Of a stretch of 64,000 bases of DNA, positions 26,201 through 41,500 are shown in pieces. This stretch comes from the human T2T-CHM13v2.0 reference genome, Homo sapiens. The translations under genes and the position numbers were made by a program. The stretch is from the NCBI RefSeq assembly GCF_009914755.1, contig NC_060948.1, one strand, 5' to 3'. Under the pieces are notes generated by a model. The model was not told the origin of the DNA. It saw only the letters and a list, made by a program, of their open reading frames with translations, and did no database searches. The stretch's first letter is position 1. Every line of letters begins with the position of its first letter.

Positions 26201-29200
26201 TGGAATGGAAACGAAAGGAATGTCATCGAATGGAATTGAATCGATTGGAATGAAATCGCATAGAATGGAGTGGAATCAAATGGAATTGAATCGAAAGGAA
26301 AGGAAGCGAATGGACTGAAATGAAATGGAATGGAATTGAATGGAAAGTAATGCAATGGAATAGAATGGAACGAAATTTCACGGAATGGAATCAAACTGAA
26401 TGGAATCAAATCAATGGAATCCAATCAAATGGAATGGAGTAGATTGGATTGGATGGGATTGGAATGAAATGTACTGGAAAGGACTCGAATTTCATGAAAC
26501 GGAATGGAATGAATTGGAACGGAATGGACTCGAATGGAATGGAATGTCATAGAATGGCATCAAATGGAATGGCATCAAATGGAATGGAATCGAATGCAAT
26601 GGAATGCTATGGAATGGAATGGAATGCATTGGAATGGAATGTCCTCTAATGGAATGGATTCGAGTGGAATGGAATCGAATATAATGGAGTCGAATGAAAT
26701 GGAATTGAAAGGAATGGGATCGAATACAATGGAATATACTGGAATGTAATGTAATGAACTCGAATGTAATTGACTGGAATGGAATGTACATGAATGGAAT
26801 GTAATCGAATGGAAAGTAATCCAATGGAATAGAATCTAATGCAATAAAATCGACTCAGATAGAGTAGAATGTAATGGAATGGAGTGCAGTGCAATGGAAT
26901 GGAATGGAATGGAATGCAATGGAATGGAATGGAATGGAATGGAATGGAATGGAATGGAATGGAATGGAATGGGATGGAATGGTATGGAATGGATGGTAAT
27001 GGACTGGAGTGAAATGGACTGGAAAGGAATGGACTCAAATTGAAAGGGCTGGAAAGGAATGGAGTCAAATGGAATGGTCTGGAATGGAATGAACACGAAA
27101 GTAATGCAATCCAATAGAATGGAATCGAATGGCATGGAATATAATGAAATGGAATCGAAGAGAATGGAAACAAATGGAATGGAATTGAATGGAATGGAAT
27201 TGAATGGAATGGGAACGAATGGAGTGAAATTGTATGCAGTAGAAGGGAATAGAATGGAATGCAAGCGAAAGGAAAGGAATGGATTGGAATGGAATGGAAT
27301 TCATTGGAATGTAAGGGAATGTAGTGTAATGGACAGGCCTGGAATAAAGTGGAATGCTACGGTCTCGAATGGAATAAAAATGTATGGAATGGAATGCATT
27401 GAAACGGAATCGAACGTCATAGAATGTAATGGATTGCAAAAAAATGGAATCCAAAATCATTGACTGGAAAGGCTGGGTGTCGAAAGGAATTGACTCCAAT
27501 GGAATGGAATCGAATGGAATGGAAGTGAATAGAATCGAACTAAATCGAATGGAATGGAATTGATAGGAACGGAATGGAAAGGAATGCAATGATTTGGCAC
27601 GGAATGGAATCGAATGGCATCGAACGGAATGGAATGGAATGCAATTGAATGGAACGTATTAGAATGTAATGAACTTTAATGGAATGTACTCGAATGGATT
27701 CGACTGGAATGGAATGTTCTGGAAGTGAATGGACTCCAATGGAATGGATTCAAAAGGAATGGAATCGTACGGAATGGAATCTAATGGAATGGAATTAAAT
27801 GGAAATGAATCAAATTGAATAGCATGGAATTGAATTGAATGGAATCGAATGCAATGGAATCTAATGAAACGGAAAGGAAAGGAATGGAATGGAATGGAAT
27901 GGGCTGGAATGGAAAGGAATCGAAACGAATGGAATGGAATCGAACTGACGAGACTGGAATGGAATGCACTGGAATGGAAGGGAGTGTAATGGAAGGTTCT
28001 CGAAAAAAATGGAATCGAATGGAATGGAATTGAATGGAACGGAATAGAGTCGAATGGAATTGAATGGAATGGAATGGACTAGAGTGAAATGGAATCGAAC
28101 CACAAGGAATGGAGAGGAATAGAATGGTCTCGAATTGAATGGAATCGTATGGAATGGCATCAAACGGAATGGAATGGACAGCCACGGAATGGAATGCACT
28201 CGAATGCAATGGAGTCGAAACTAATGGACTGGAATAGAATGGATTCGACTGGTACGGACTCCAATGGAATGGAATCGAATGGAAGGGAATCGAACGGAAT
28301 GGACTCGAAGGGAAAAGACTGCAATGGAAAGGTCTCGAATGGAATGGAAATTAATGGAATGGAATGGAATCGAATGAAATGGAGTCAAAAGGAATGGAAT
28401 CGAATGGCAAGAAATCGAATGTAATGGAATCGCAAGGAATTGATGTGAACGGAACGGAATGGAATGGAATCCAAAGGAATGGAATAGAATGGAATGGAAT
28501 CGAATGGAAAGGACTCGAATGGAAATCACTCGAATAGAATGCAATTTAATAAAATAGGATCAAATGTAATGGAATGGAATGGAAAGGAATCGAAACGAAA
28601 GGAATGGAGACAGATGGAATGGAATGGAACAGAGAGCAATGGTATAGAATGGAATGGAATCATCTGGAATGGAATTGAATGGAATGGAATAATATGAAAT
28701 GGAATGGAATGGAATGGAATGGAATGCCCTTGAATTAAATGGACTGGAATGGAATGGACTCGAACAGAGTGGAATGGAAAGTGTTGAGATAGAATGGAAT
28801 GGACTCGTTTGGAATGGTCTAGTATGCAATGCAATCGACTGGCAGGGAATCAAAAGGAATGTAATGGAATGGATTGGACTGGAATGCAATGGACTCGAAT
28901 AGATTGGAAACGGAATGCAAAGGAATGGAATGGCATAGTATGGAATGGAATGGAAAGGAATGGAGTGGAATAGACTAGAGTGGAATGGAATGAACTGGAA
29001 AGCAATAGACTGGAATGGAACTTTCTTGAATGGACTGGAATCAAACGGAATGGAATGCAATGCAATCAAATGGCATGGAATAAAATAGAATGAAAGAGAA
29101 TCAAATGGAATTGAATCGAATGGAATCGAATGGATTGGAAAGGAATAGAATGGAATGGAATGGAATTGACTCAAATGGAATGGACTAGAATGGAATGGAT

Positions 29201-32200
29201 TCGAATGGAAGGCAAAGGAATGGAATCTATTGGAATGGACTGTAATGGAATGGAATGGAAGGGATTGGAATGGACTCGAATGGAATGGACTGCAATAGAA
29301 AGGATTCGAATGGAATGAAAAAGAATTGAATGGAATAGAACAGAATGGAATCAAATCGAATGAAATGGAATGGAATAGAAAGGAATGGAATGAAATGGAA
29401 TGGAAAGGATTCGAATGGAATGCAATCGAATGGAATGGAATCGAACGGAATGGAATAAAATGGAAGAAAACTGGCAAGAAATGGAATCGAAATGAATGGA
29501 GTGTTATGGAACGGACTCAAAAGGAATTGAATGTAATAGAATGGAGTGGAGTGGACTCGAATATAATGGACTGGAATGGAATGAAATCACATGGAATGGG
29601 AACGAATGGAATGGAATGGAAAGGAATGGAATCGAATGGAAAGGAATCGAATGGAAGGGAATGAAATTGAATCAACAGGAATGGAAGGGAATAGAATAGA
29701 CGGTAATGGAATGGACTCGAATTGAATGGACACGAATGCTCAAATTGAATGGACTCGAATGGAATGGAAACGAAAGGAATGTCATCGAATGGAATTGAAT
29801 CGATTGGAATGAAATCGCATAGAATGGAGTGGAATCAAATGGAATTGAATCGAAAGGAAAGGAAGCGAATGGACTGAAATGAAATGGAATGGAATTGAAT
29901 GGAAAGTAATGCAATGGAATAGAATGGAACGAAATTTCACGGAATGGAATCAAACTGAATGGAATCAAATCAATGGAATCTAATCAAATGGAATGGAAAG
30001 GAATTGAATGGAGTAGATTGGATTGGATGGGATTGGAATGAAATGTACTGGAAAGGACTCGAATTTCATGAAACGGAATGGAATGAATTGGAACGGAATG
30101 GACTCGAATGGAATGGAATGTCATGGAATGGCATCAAATGGAATGGCATCAAATGGAATGGAATCGAATGCAATGGAATGCTATGGAATGGAATGGAATG
30201 CATTGGAATGGAAAGTCCTCTAATGGAATGGATTCGAGTGGAATGGAATCGAATATAATGGAGTCGAATGAAATGGAATTGAAAAGAATGGGATCGAATA
30301 CAATGGAATATACTGGAATGTAATGTAATGAACTCGAATGTAATTGACTGGAATGGAATGTACATGAATGGAATGTAATCGAATGGAAAGTAATCCAATG
30401 GAATAGAAACTAATGCAATAAAATCGACTCAAATAGAGTAGAATGTAATGGAATGGAGTGCAGTGCAATGGAATGGAATGGAATGGAATGCAATGGAATG
30501 GAATGGATTGGAATGGAATGGGATGGAATGGTGTGGAATGGATAGTAATGGACTGCTGTGAAATGGACTGGAAAGGAATGGACTCAAATTGAAAGGGCTC
30601 GAAAGGAATGGAGTCAAATGGAATGGTCTGGAATGGAATGAACACGAATGTAATGCAATCCAATAGAATGGAATCGAATGGCATGGAATATAAAGAAATG
30701 GAATCGAAGAGAATGGAAACAAATGGAATGGAATTGAATGGAATGGAATTGAATGGAATGGGAACGAATGGAGTGAAATTGTGTGCAGTAGAAGAGAATA
30801 GAATGGAATGCAAGTGAAAGGAAAGGAATGGATTGGAATGGAATGGAATTCATTGGAATGGAAGGGAATGTAGTGTAATGGACAGGCCTGGAATAAAGTG
30901 GAATGCTACGGTCTCGAATGGAATAAAAATGTATGGAATGGAATGCATTGAAACGGAATCGAACGTCATAGAATGTAATGGAATGCAAAAAAATGGAATC
31001 CAAAATCATTGACTGGAAAGCCTGGGTGTCGAAAGGAATTGACTCCAATGGAATGGAATCGAATGGAATGGAAGTGAATAGAATCGAACTAAATCGAATG
31101 GAATGGAATTGATAGGAACGGAATGGAAAGGAATGCAATGATTTGGCATGGAATGGAATCGAATGGCATCGAACGGAATGGAATGGAATGCAATTGAATG
31201 GAACGTATTAGAATGTAATGAACTTTAATGGAATGTACTCGAATGGATTCGACTGGAATGGAATGTTCTGGAAGTGAATGGACTCCAATGGAATGGATTC
31301 AAAAGGAATGGAATCGTACGGAATGGAATCTAATGGAATGGAATTAAATGGAAATGAATCAAATTGAATAGCATGGAATTGAATTGAATGGAATCGAATG
31401 CAATGGAATCTAATGAAACGGAAAGGAAAGGAATGGAATGGAATGGAATGGGCTGGAATGGAAAGGAATCGAAACGAATGGAATGGAATCGAACTGACGA
31501 GACTGGAATGGAATGCACTGGAATGGAAGGGAGTGTAATGGAAGGTTCTCGAAAAAAATGGAATCGAATGGAATGGAATTGAATGGAACGGAATAGAGTC
31601 GAATGGAATTGAATGGAATGGAATGGACTAGAGTGAAATGGAATCGAACCACAAGGAATGGAGAGGAATAGAATGGTCTCGAATTGAATGGAATCGTATG
31701 GAATGGCATCAAACGGAATGGAATGGACAGCCACGGAATGGAATGCACTCGAATGCAATGGAGTCGAAACTAATGGACTGGAATAGAATGGATTCGACTG
31801 GTACGGACACCAATGGAATGGAATCGAATGGAAGGGAATCGAACGGAATGGACTCGAAGGGAAAAGACTGCAATGGAAAGGTCTCGAATGGAATGGAAAT
31901 TAATGGAATGGAATGGAATCGAATGAAATGGAGTCAAAAGGAATGGAATCGAATGGCAAGAAATCGAATGTAATGGAATCGCAAGGAATTGATGTGAACG
32001 GAACGGAATGGAATGGAATCCAAAGGAATGGAATAGAATGGAATGGAATCGAATGGAAAGGACTCGAATGGAAATCACTCGAATAGAATGCAATTTAATA
32101 AAATAGGATCAAATGTAATGGAATGGAATGGAAAGGAATCGAAACGAAAGGAATGGAGACAGATGGAATGGAATGGAACAGAGAGCAATGGTATAGAATG

Positions 32201-32559
32201 GAATGGAATCATCTGGAATGGAATTGAATGGAATGGAATAATATGAAATGGAATGGAATGGAATGGAATGGAATGCCCTTGAATTAAATGGACTGGAATG
32301 GAATGGACTCGAACAGAGTGGAATGGAAAGTGTTGAGATAGAATGGAATGGACTCGTTTGGAATGGTGTAGTATGCAATGCAATCGACTGGCAGGGAATC
32401 AAAAGGAATGTAATGGAATGGATTGGACTGGAATGCAATGGACTCGAATAGATTGCAAACGGAATGCAAAGGAATGGAATGGAATAGTATGGAATGGAAT
32501 GGAAAGGAATGGAGTGGAATAGACTAGAGTGGAATGGAATGAACTGGAAAGCAATAGAC

Positions 32560-35500
32560 TGGAATGGAACTTTCTTGAATGGACTGGAATCAAACGGAAT
32601 GGAATGCAATGCAATCAAATGGCATGGAATAAAATAGAATGAAAGAGAATCAAATGGAATTGAATCGAATGGAATCGAATGGATTGGAAAGGAATAGAAT
32701 GGAATGGAATGGAATTGACTCAAATGGAATGGACTAGAATGGAATGGATTCGAATGGAAGGCAAAGGAATGGAATCTATTGGAATGGACTGTAATGGAAT
32801 GGAATGGAAGGGATTGGAATGGACTCGAATGGAATGGACTGCAATAGAAAGGATTCGAATGGAATGAAAAAGAATTGAATGGAATAGAACAGAATGGAAT
32901 CAAATCGAATGAAATGGAATGGAATAGAAAGGAATGGAATGAAATGGAATGGAAAGGATTCGAATGGAATGCAATCGAATGGAATGGAATCGAACGGAAT
33001 GGAATAAAATGGAAGAAAACTGGCAAGAAATGGAATCGAAATGAATGGAGTGTTATGGAACGGACTCAAAAGGAATTGAATGTAATAGAATGGAGTGGAG
33101 TGGACTCGAATATAATGGACTGGAATGGAATGAAATCACATGGAATGGGAACGAATGGAATGGAATGGAAAGGAATGGAATCGAATGGAAAGGAATCGAA
33201 TGGAAGGGAATGAAATTGAATCAACAGGAATGGAAGGGAATAGAATAGACGGTAATGGAATGGACTCGAATTGAATGGACACGAATGCTCAAATTGAATG
33301 GACTCGAATGGAATGGAAACGAAAGGAATGTCATCGAATGGAATTGAATCGATTGGAATGAAATCGCATAGAATGGAGTGGAATCAAATGGAATTGAATC
33401 GAAAGGAAAGGAAGCGAATGGACTGAAATGAAATGGAATGGAATTGAATGGAAAGTAATGCAATGGAATAGAATGGAACGAAATTTCACGGAATGGAATC
33501 AAACTGAATGGAATCAAATCAATGGAATCTAATCAAATGGAATGGAAAGGAATTGAATGGAGTAGATTGGATTGGATGGGATTGGAATGAAATGTACTGG
33601 AAAGGACTCGAATTTCATGAAACGGAATGGAATGAATTGGAACGGAATGGACTCGAATGGAATGGAATGTCATGGAATGGCATCAAATGGAATGGCATCA
33701 AATGGAATGGAATCGAATGCAATGGAATGCTATGGAATGGAATGGAATGCATTGGAATGGAATGTCCTCTAATGGAATGGATTCGAGTGGAATGGAATCG
33801 AATATAATGGAGTCGAATGAAATGGAATTGAAAAGAATGGGATCGAATACAATGGAATATACTGGAATGTAATGTAATGAACTCGAATGTAATTGACTGG
33901 AATGGAATGTACATGAATGGAATGTAATCGAATGGAAAGTAATCCAATGGAATAGAAACTAATGCAATAAAATCGACTCAAATAGAGTAGAATGTAATGG
34001 AATAGAGTGCAGTGCAATGGAATGGAATGGAATGGAATGCAATGGAATGGAATGGATTGGAATGGAATGCGATGGAATGGTGTGGAATGGATAGTAATGG
34101 ACTGGTGTGAAATGGACTGGAAAGGAATGGACTCAAATTGAAAGGGCTCGAAAGGAATGGAGTCAAATGGAATGGTCTGGAATGGAATGAACACGAATGT
34201 AATGCAATCCAATAGAATGGAATCGAATGGCATGGAATATAAAGAAATGGAATCGAAGAGAATGGAAACAAATGGAATGGAATTGAATGGAATGGAATTG
34301 AATGGAATGGGAACGAATGGAGTGAAATTGTGTGCAGTAGAAGAGAATAGAATGGAATGCAAGTGAAAGGAAAGGAATGGATTGGAATGGAATGGAATTC
34401 ATTGGAATGGAAGGGAATGTAGTGTAATGGACAGGCCTGGAATAAAGTGGAATGCTACGGTCTCGAATGGAATAAAAATGTATGGAATGGAATGCAATGA
34501 AACGGAATCGAATGTCATAGAATGTAATGGAATGCAAAAAAATGGAATCCAAAATCATTGACTGGAAAGGCTGGGTGTCGAAAGGAATTGACTCCAAGGG
34601 AATGGAATCGAATGGAATGGAAGTGAATAGAATCGAACTAAATCGAATGGAATGGAATTGATAGGAACGGAATGGAAAGGAATGCAATGATTTGGCATGG
34701 AATGGAATCGAATGGCATCGAATGGAATGGAATGGAATGCAATGGAATGGAATGTATTAGAATGTAATGAACTTTAATGGAATGTACTCGAATGGATTCG
34801 ACTGGAATGGAATGTTCTGGAAGTGAATGGACTCCAATGGAATGGATTCAAAAGGAATGGAATCGTACGGAATGGAATCTAATGGAATGGAATTAAATGG
34901 AAATGAATCAAATTGAATAGCACGGAATTGAATTGAATGGAATCGAATGCAATGGAATCTAATGAAACGGAAAGGAAAGGAATGGAATGGAATGGAATGG
35001 GCTGGAATGGAAAGGAATCGAAACGAATGGAATGGAATCGAACTGAAGAGACTGGAATGGAATGCACTGGAATGGAAGGGAGTGTAATGGAAGGTTCTCG
35101 AAAAAAATGGAATCGAATGGAATGGAATTGAATGGAACGGAATAGAGTCGAATGGAATTGAATGGAATGGAATGGACTAGAGTGAAATGGAATCGAACCA
35201 CAAGGAATGGAGAGGAATAGAATGGTCTCGAATTGAATGGAATCGTATGGAATGGCATCAAACGGAATGGAATGGACAGCCACGGAATGGAATGCACTCG
35301 AATGCAATGGAGTCGAAACTAATGGACTGGAATAGAATGGACTCGACTGGTACGGACTCCAATGGAATGGAATCGAATGGAAGGGAATCGAACGGAATGG
35401 ACTCGAAGGGAAAAGACTGCAATGGAAAGGTCTCGAATGGAATGGAAATTAATGGAATGGAATGGAATCGAATGAAATGGAGTCAAAAGGAATGGAATCG

Positions 35501-38500
35501 AATGGCAAGAAATCGAATGTAATGGAATCTCAAGGAATTGATGTGAACGGAACGGAATGGAATGGAATCCAAAGGAATGGAATAGAATGGAATGGAATCG
35601 AATGGAAAGGACTCGAATGGAAATCACTCTAATAGAATGCAATTTAATAAAATAGGATCAAATGGAATGGAATGGAATGGAAAGGAATCGAAACGAAAGG
35701 AATGGAGACAGATGGAATGGAATGGAACAGAGAGCAATGGTATAGAATGGAATGGAATCATCTGGAATGGAATTGAATGGAATGGAATAATATGAAATGG
35801 AATGGAATGGAATGGAATGCCCTTGAATTAAATGGACTGGAATGGAATGGACTCGAACAGAGTGGAATGGAAAGTGTTGACATAGAATGGAATGGACTCG
35901 TTTGGAATGGTGTAGTATGCAATGCAATCGACTGGCAGGGAATCAAAAGGAATGTAATGGAATGGATTGGACTGGAATGCAATGGACTCGAATAGATTGG
36001 AAACGGAATGCAAAGGAATGGAATGGAATAGTATGGAATGGAATGGAAAGGAATGGAGTGGAATAGACTAGAGTGGAATGGAATGGACTGGAAAGCAATG
36101 GACTGGAATGGAACTTTCTTGAATGGACTGGAATCAAACGGAATGGAATGCAATGCAATCAAATGGCATGGAATAAAATAGAATGAAAGAGAATCAAATG
36201 GAATTGAATCGAATGGAATCGAATGGATTGGAAAGAATAGAATGGAATGGAATGGAATTGACTCAAATGGAATGGACTAGAATGGAATGGATTCGAATGG
36301 AAGGCAAAGGAATGGAATCTATTGGAATGGACTGTAATGGAATGGAATGGAAGGGATTGGAATGGACTCAAATGGAATGGACTGCAATAGAAAGGATTCG
36401 AATGGAATGAAAAAGAATTGAATGGAATAGAACAGAATGGAATCAAATCGAATGAAATGGAATGGAATAGAAAGGAATGGAATGAAATGGAATGGAAAGG
36501 ATTCGAATGGAATGCAATCGAATGGAATGGAATCGAACGGAATGGAATAAAATGGAAGAAAACTGGCAAGAAATGGAATCGAAATGAATGGAGTGTTATG
36601 GAACGGACTCAAAAGGAATTGAATGTAATAGAATGGAGTGGAGTGGACTCGAATATAATGGACTGGAATGGAATGAAATCACATGGAATGGGAACGAATG
36701 GAATGGAATGGAAAGGAATGGAATCGAATGGAAAGGAATCGAATGGAAGGGAATGAAATTGAATCAACAGGAATGGAAGAGAATAGAATAGACGTTAATG
36801 GAATGGACTCGAATAGAATGGACACGAATGCTCAAATTGAATGGACTCGAATGGAATGGAAACGAAAGGAATGTCATCGAATGGAATTGAATCGATTGGA
36901 ATGAAATCGCATAGAATGGAGTGGAATCAAATGGAATTGAATCGAAAGGAAAGGAAGCGAATGGACTGAAATGAAATGGAATGGAATTGAATGGAAAGTT
37001 ATGTAATGGAATAGAATGGAACGAAATTTCACGGAATGCAATCAAACTGAATGGAATCAAATCAATGGAATCAAATCAAATGGAATGGAAAGGAATTGAA
37101 TGGAGTAGATTGGATTGGATGGGATTGGAATGAAATATACTGGAAAGGACTCGAATTTCATGAAACGGAATGGAATGAATTGGAACGGAACGGACTCGAA
37201 TGGAATGGAATGTCATGGAATGGCATCGAATGGAATGGCATCAAATGGAATGGAATCGAATGCAATGGAGTGCTATGGAATGGAATGGAATGCATTGGAA
37301 TGGAATGTCCTCTAATGGAATGGATTCGAGTGGAATGGAATCGAATATAATGGAGTCGAATGAAATGGAATTGAAAGGAATGGGATCGAATATAATGGAA
37401 TATACTGGAATGTAATGTAATGAACTCGAATGTAATTGACTGGAATGGAATGTACATGAATGGAATGTAATCGAATGGAAAGTAATCCAATGGAATAGAA
37501 TCTAATGCAATAAAATCGACTCAGATAGAGTAGAATGTAATGGAATGGAGTGCAGTGCAATGGAATGGAATGGAATGGAATGCAATGGAATGGAATGGAA
37601 TGGAATGGAATGCAATGGGATGGTGTGGAATGGATAGTAATGGACTGGAGTGAAATGGACTGGAAAGGAATGGACTCAAATTGAAAGGGCTCGAAAGGAT
37701 TGGAGTCAAATGGAATGGTCTGGAATGGAATGAACACGAATGTAATGCAATCCAATAGAATGGAATCGAATGGCATGGAATATAAAGAAATGGAATCGAA
37801 GAGAATGGAAACAAATGGAATGGAATTGAATGGAATGGAATTGAATGGAATGGGAACGAATGGAGTGAAATTGTATGCAGTAGAAGAGAATAGAATGGAA
37901 TGCAAGCGAAAGGAAAGGAATGGATTGGAATGGAATGGAATTCATTGGAATGGAAGGGAATGTAGTGTAATGGACAGGCCTGGAATAAAGTGGAATGCTA
38001 CGGTCTCGAATGGAATAAAAATGTATGGAATGGAATGCAATGAAACGGAATCGAATGTCATAGAATGTAATGGAATGCAAAAAAATGGAATCCAAAATCA
38101 TTGACTGGAAAGGCTGGGTGTCGAAAGGAATTGACTCCAATGGAATGGAATCGAATGGAATGGAAGTGAATAGAATCGAACTAAATCGAATGGAATGGAA
38201 TTGATAGGAACGGAATGGAAAGGAATGCAATGATTTGGCATGGAATGCAATCGAATGGCATCGAATGGAATGGAATGGAATGCAATGGAATGGAATGTAT
38301 TAGAATGTAATGAACTTTAATGGTATGTACTCGAATGGATTCGACTGGAATGGAATGTTCTGGAAGTGAATGGACTCCAATGGAATGGATTCAAAAGGAA
38401 TGGAATCGTACGGAATGGAATCTAATGGAATGGAATTAAATGGAAATGAATCAAATTGAATAGCACGGAATTGAATTGAATGGAATGGAATGCAATGGAA

Positions 38501-41500
38501 TCTAATGAAACGGAAAGGAAAGGAATGGAATGGAATGGAATGGGCTGGAATGGAAAGGAATCGAAACGAATGGAATGGAATCGAAGTGAAGAGACTGGAA
38601 TGGAATGCACTGGAATGGAAGGGAGTGTAATGGAAGGTTCTCGAAAAAAATGGAATCGAATGGAATGGAATTGAATGGAACGGAATAGAGTCGAATGGAA
38701 TTGAATGGAATGGAATGGACTAGAGTGAAATGGAATCGAACCACAAGGAATGGAGAGGAATAGAATGGTCTCGAATTGAATGGAATCGTATGGAATGGCA
38801 TCAAACGGAATGGAATGGACAGCCACGGAATGGAATGCACTCGAATGCAATGGAGTCGAAACTAATGGACTGGAATAGAATGGACTCGACTGGTACGGAC
38901 TCCAATGGAATGGAATCGAATGGAAGGGAATCGAACGGAATGGACTCGAAGGGAAAAGACTGCAATGGAAAGGTCTCGAATGGAATGGAAATTAATGGAA
39001 TGGAATGGAATCGAATGAAATGGAGTCAAAAGGAATGGAATCGAATGGCAAGAAATCGAATGTAATGGAATCGCAAGGAATTGATGTGAACGGAATGGAA
39101 TGGAATGGAATCCAAAGGAATGGAATAGAATGGAATGGAATCGAATGGAAAGGACTCGAATGGAAATCACTCGAATAGAATGCAATTTAATAAAATAGGA
39201 TCAAATGTAATGGAATGGAATGGAAAGGAATCGAAACGAAAGGAATGGAGACAGATGGAATGGAATGGAACAGAGAGCAATGGTATAGAATGGAATGGAA
39301 TCATCTGGAATGGAATTGAATGGAATGGAATAACATGAAATGGACTGGAATGGAATGGAATGCCCTTGAATTAAATGGACTGGAATGGAATGGACTCGAA
39401 CAGAGTGGAATGGAAAGTGTTGAAATAGAATGGAATGGACTGGTTTGGAATGGTCTAGTATGCAATGCAATCGACTGGCAGGGAATCAAAAGGAATGTAA
39501 TCGAATGGATTGGACTGGAATGCAATGGACTCGAATAGATTGGAAACGGAATGCAAAGGAATGGAATGGAATAGTATGGAATGGAATGGAAAGGAATGGA
39601 GTGGAATAGACTAGAGTGGAATGGAATGGACTCGAAAGCAATGGACTGGAATGGAACTTTCTTGAATGGACTGGAATCAAACGGAATGGAATGCAATGCA
39701 ATCAAATGGCATGGAATAAAATAGAATGAAAGAGAATCAAATGGAATTGAATCGAATGGAATCGAATGGATTGGAAAGGAATAGAATGGAATGGAATGGA
39801 ATTGACTCAAATGGAATGGACTAGAATGGAATGGATTCGAATGGAAGGCAAAGGAATGGAATCTATTGGAATGGACTGTAATGGAATGGAATGGAAGGGA
39901 TTGGAATGGACTCGAATGGAATGGACTGCAATAGAAAGGATTCGAATGGAATGAAAAAGAATTGAATGGAATAGAACAGAATGGAATCAAATCGAATGAA
40001 ATGGAATGGAATAGAAAGGAATGGAATGAAATGGAATGGAAAGGATTCGAATGGAATGCAATCGAATGGAATGGAATCGAACGGAATGGAATAAAATGGA
40101 AGAAAACTGGCAAGAAATGGAATCGAAATGAATGGAGTGTTATGGAACGGACTCAAAAGGAATTGAATGTAATAGAATGGAGTGGAGTGGACTCGAATAT
40201 AATGGACTGGAATGGAATGAAATCACATGGAATGGGAACGAATGGAATGGAATGGAAAGGAATGGAATCGAATGGAAAGGAATCGAATGGAAGGGAATGA
40301 AATTGAATCAACAGGAATGGAAGGGAATAGAATAGACGGTAATGGAATGGACTCGAATTGAATGGACACGAATGCTCAAATTGAATGGACTCGAATGGAA
40401 TGGAAACGAAAGGAATGTCATCGAATGGAATTGAATCGATTGGAATGAAATCGCATAGAATGGAGTGGAATCAAATGGAATTGAATCGAAAGGAAAGGAA
40501 GCGAATGGACTGAAATGAAATGGAATGGAATTGAATGGAAAGTAATGCAATGGAATAGAATGGAACGAAATTTCACGGAATGGAATCAAACTGAATGGAA
40601 TCAAATCAATGGAATCTAATCAAATGGAATGGAAAGGAATTGAATGGAGTAGATTGGATTGGATGGGATTGGAATGAAATGTACTGGAAAGGACTCGAAT
40701 TTCATGAAACGGAATGGAATGAATTGGAACGGAATGGACTCGAATGGAATGGAATGTCATGGAATGGCATCAAATGGAATGGCATCAAATGGAATGGAAT
40801 CGAATGCAATGGAATGCTATGGAATGGAATGGAATGCATTGGAATGGAATGTCCTCTAATGGAATGGATTCGAGTGGAATGGAATCGAATATAATGGAGT
40901 CGAATGAAATGGAATTGAAAAGAATGGGATCGAATACAATGGAATATACTGGAATGTAATGTAATGAACTCGAATGTAATTGACTGGAATGGAATGTACA
41001 TGAATGGAATGTAATCGAATGGAAAGTAATCCAATGGAATAGAAACTAATGCAATAAAATCGACTCAAATAGAGTAGAATGTAATGGAATAGAGTGCAGT
41101 GCAATGGAATGGAATGGAATGGAATGCAATGGAATGGAATGGATTGGAATGGAATGCGATGGAATGGTGTGGAATGGATAGTAATGGACTGGTGTGAAAT
41201 GGACTGGAAAGGAATGGACTCAAATTGAAAGGGCTCGAAAGGAATGGAGTCAAATGGAATGGTCTGGAATGGAATGAACACGAATGTAATGCAATCCAAT
41301 AGAATGGAATCGAATGGCATGGAATATAAAGAAATGGAATCGAAGAGAATGGAAACAAATGGAATGGAATTGAATGGAATGGAATTGAATGGAATGGGAA
41401 CGAATGGAGTGAAATTGTGTGCAGTAGAAGAGAATAGAATGGAATGCAAGTGAAAGGAAAGGAATGGATTGGAATGGAATGGAATTCATTGGAATGGAAG

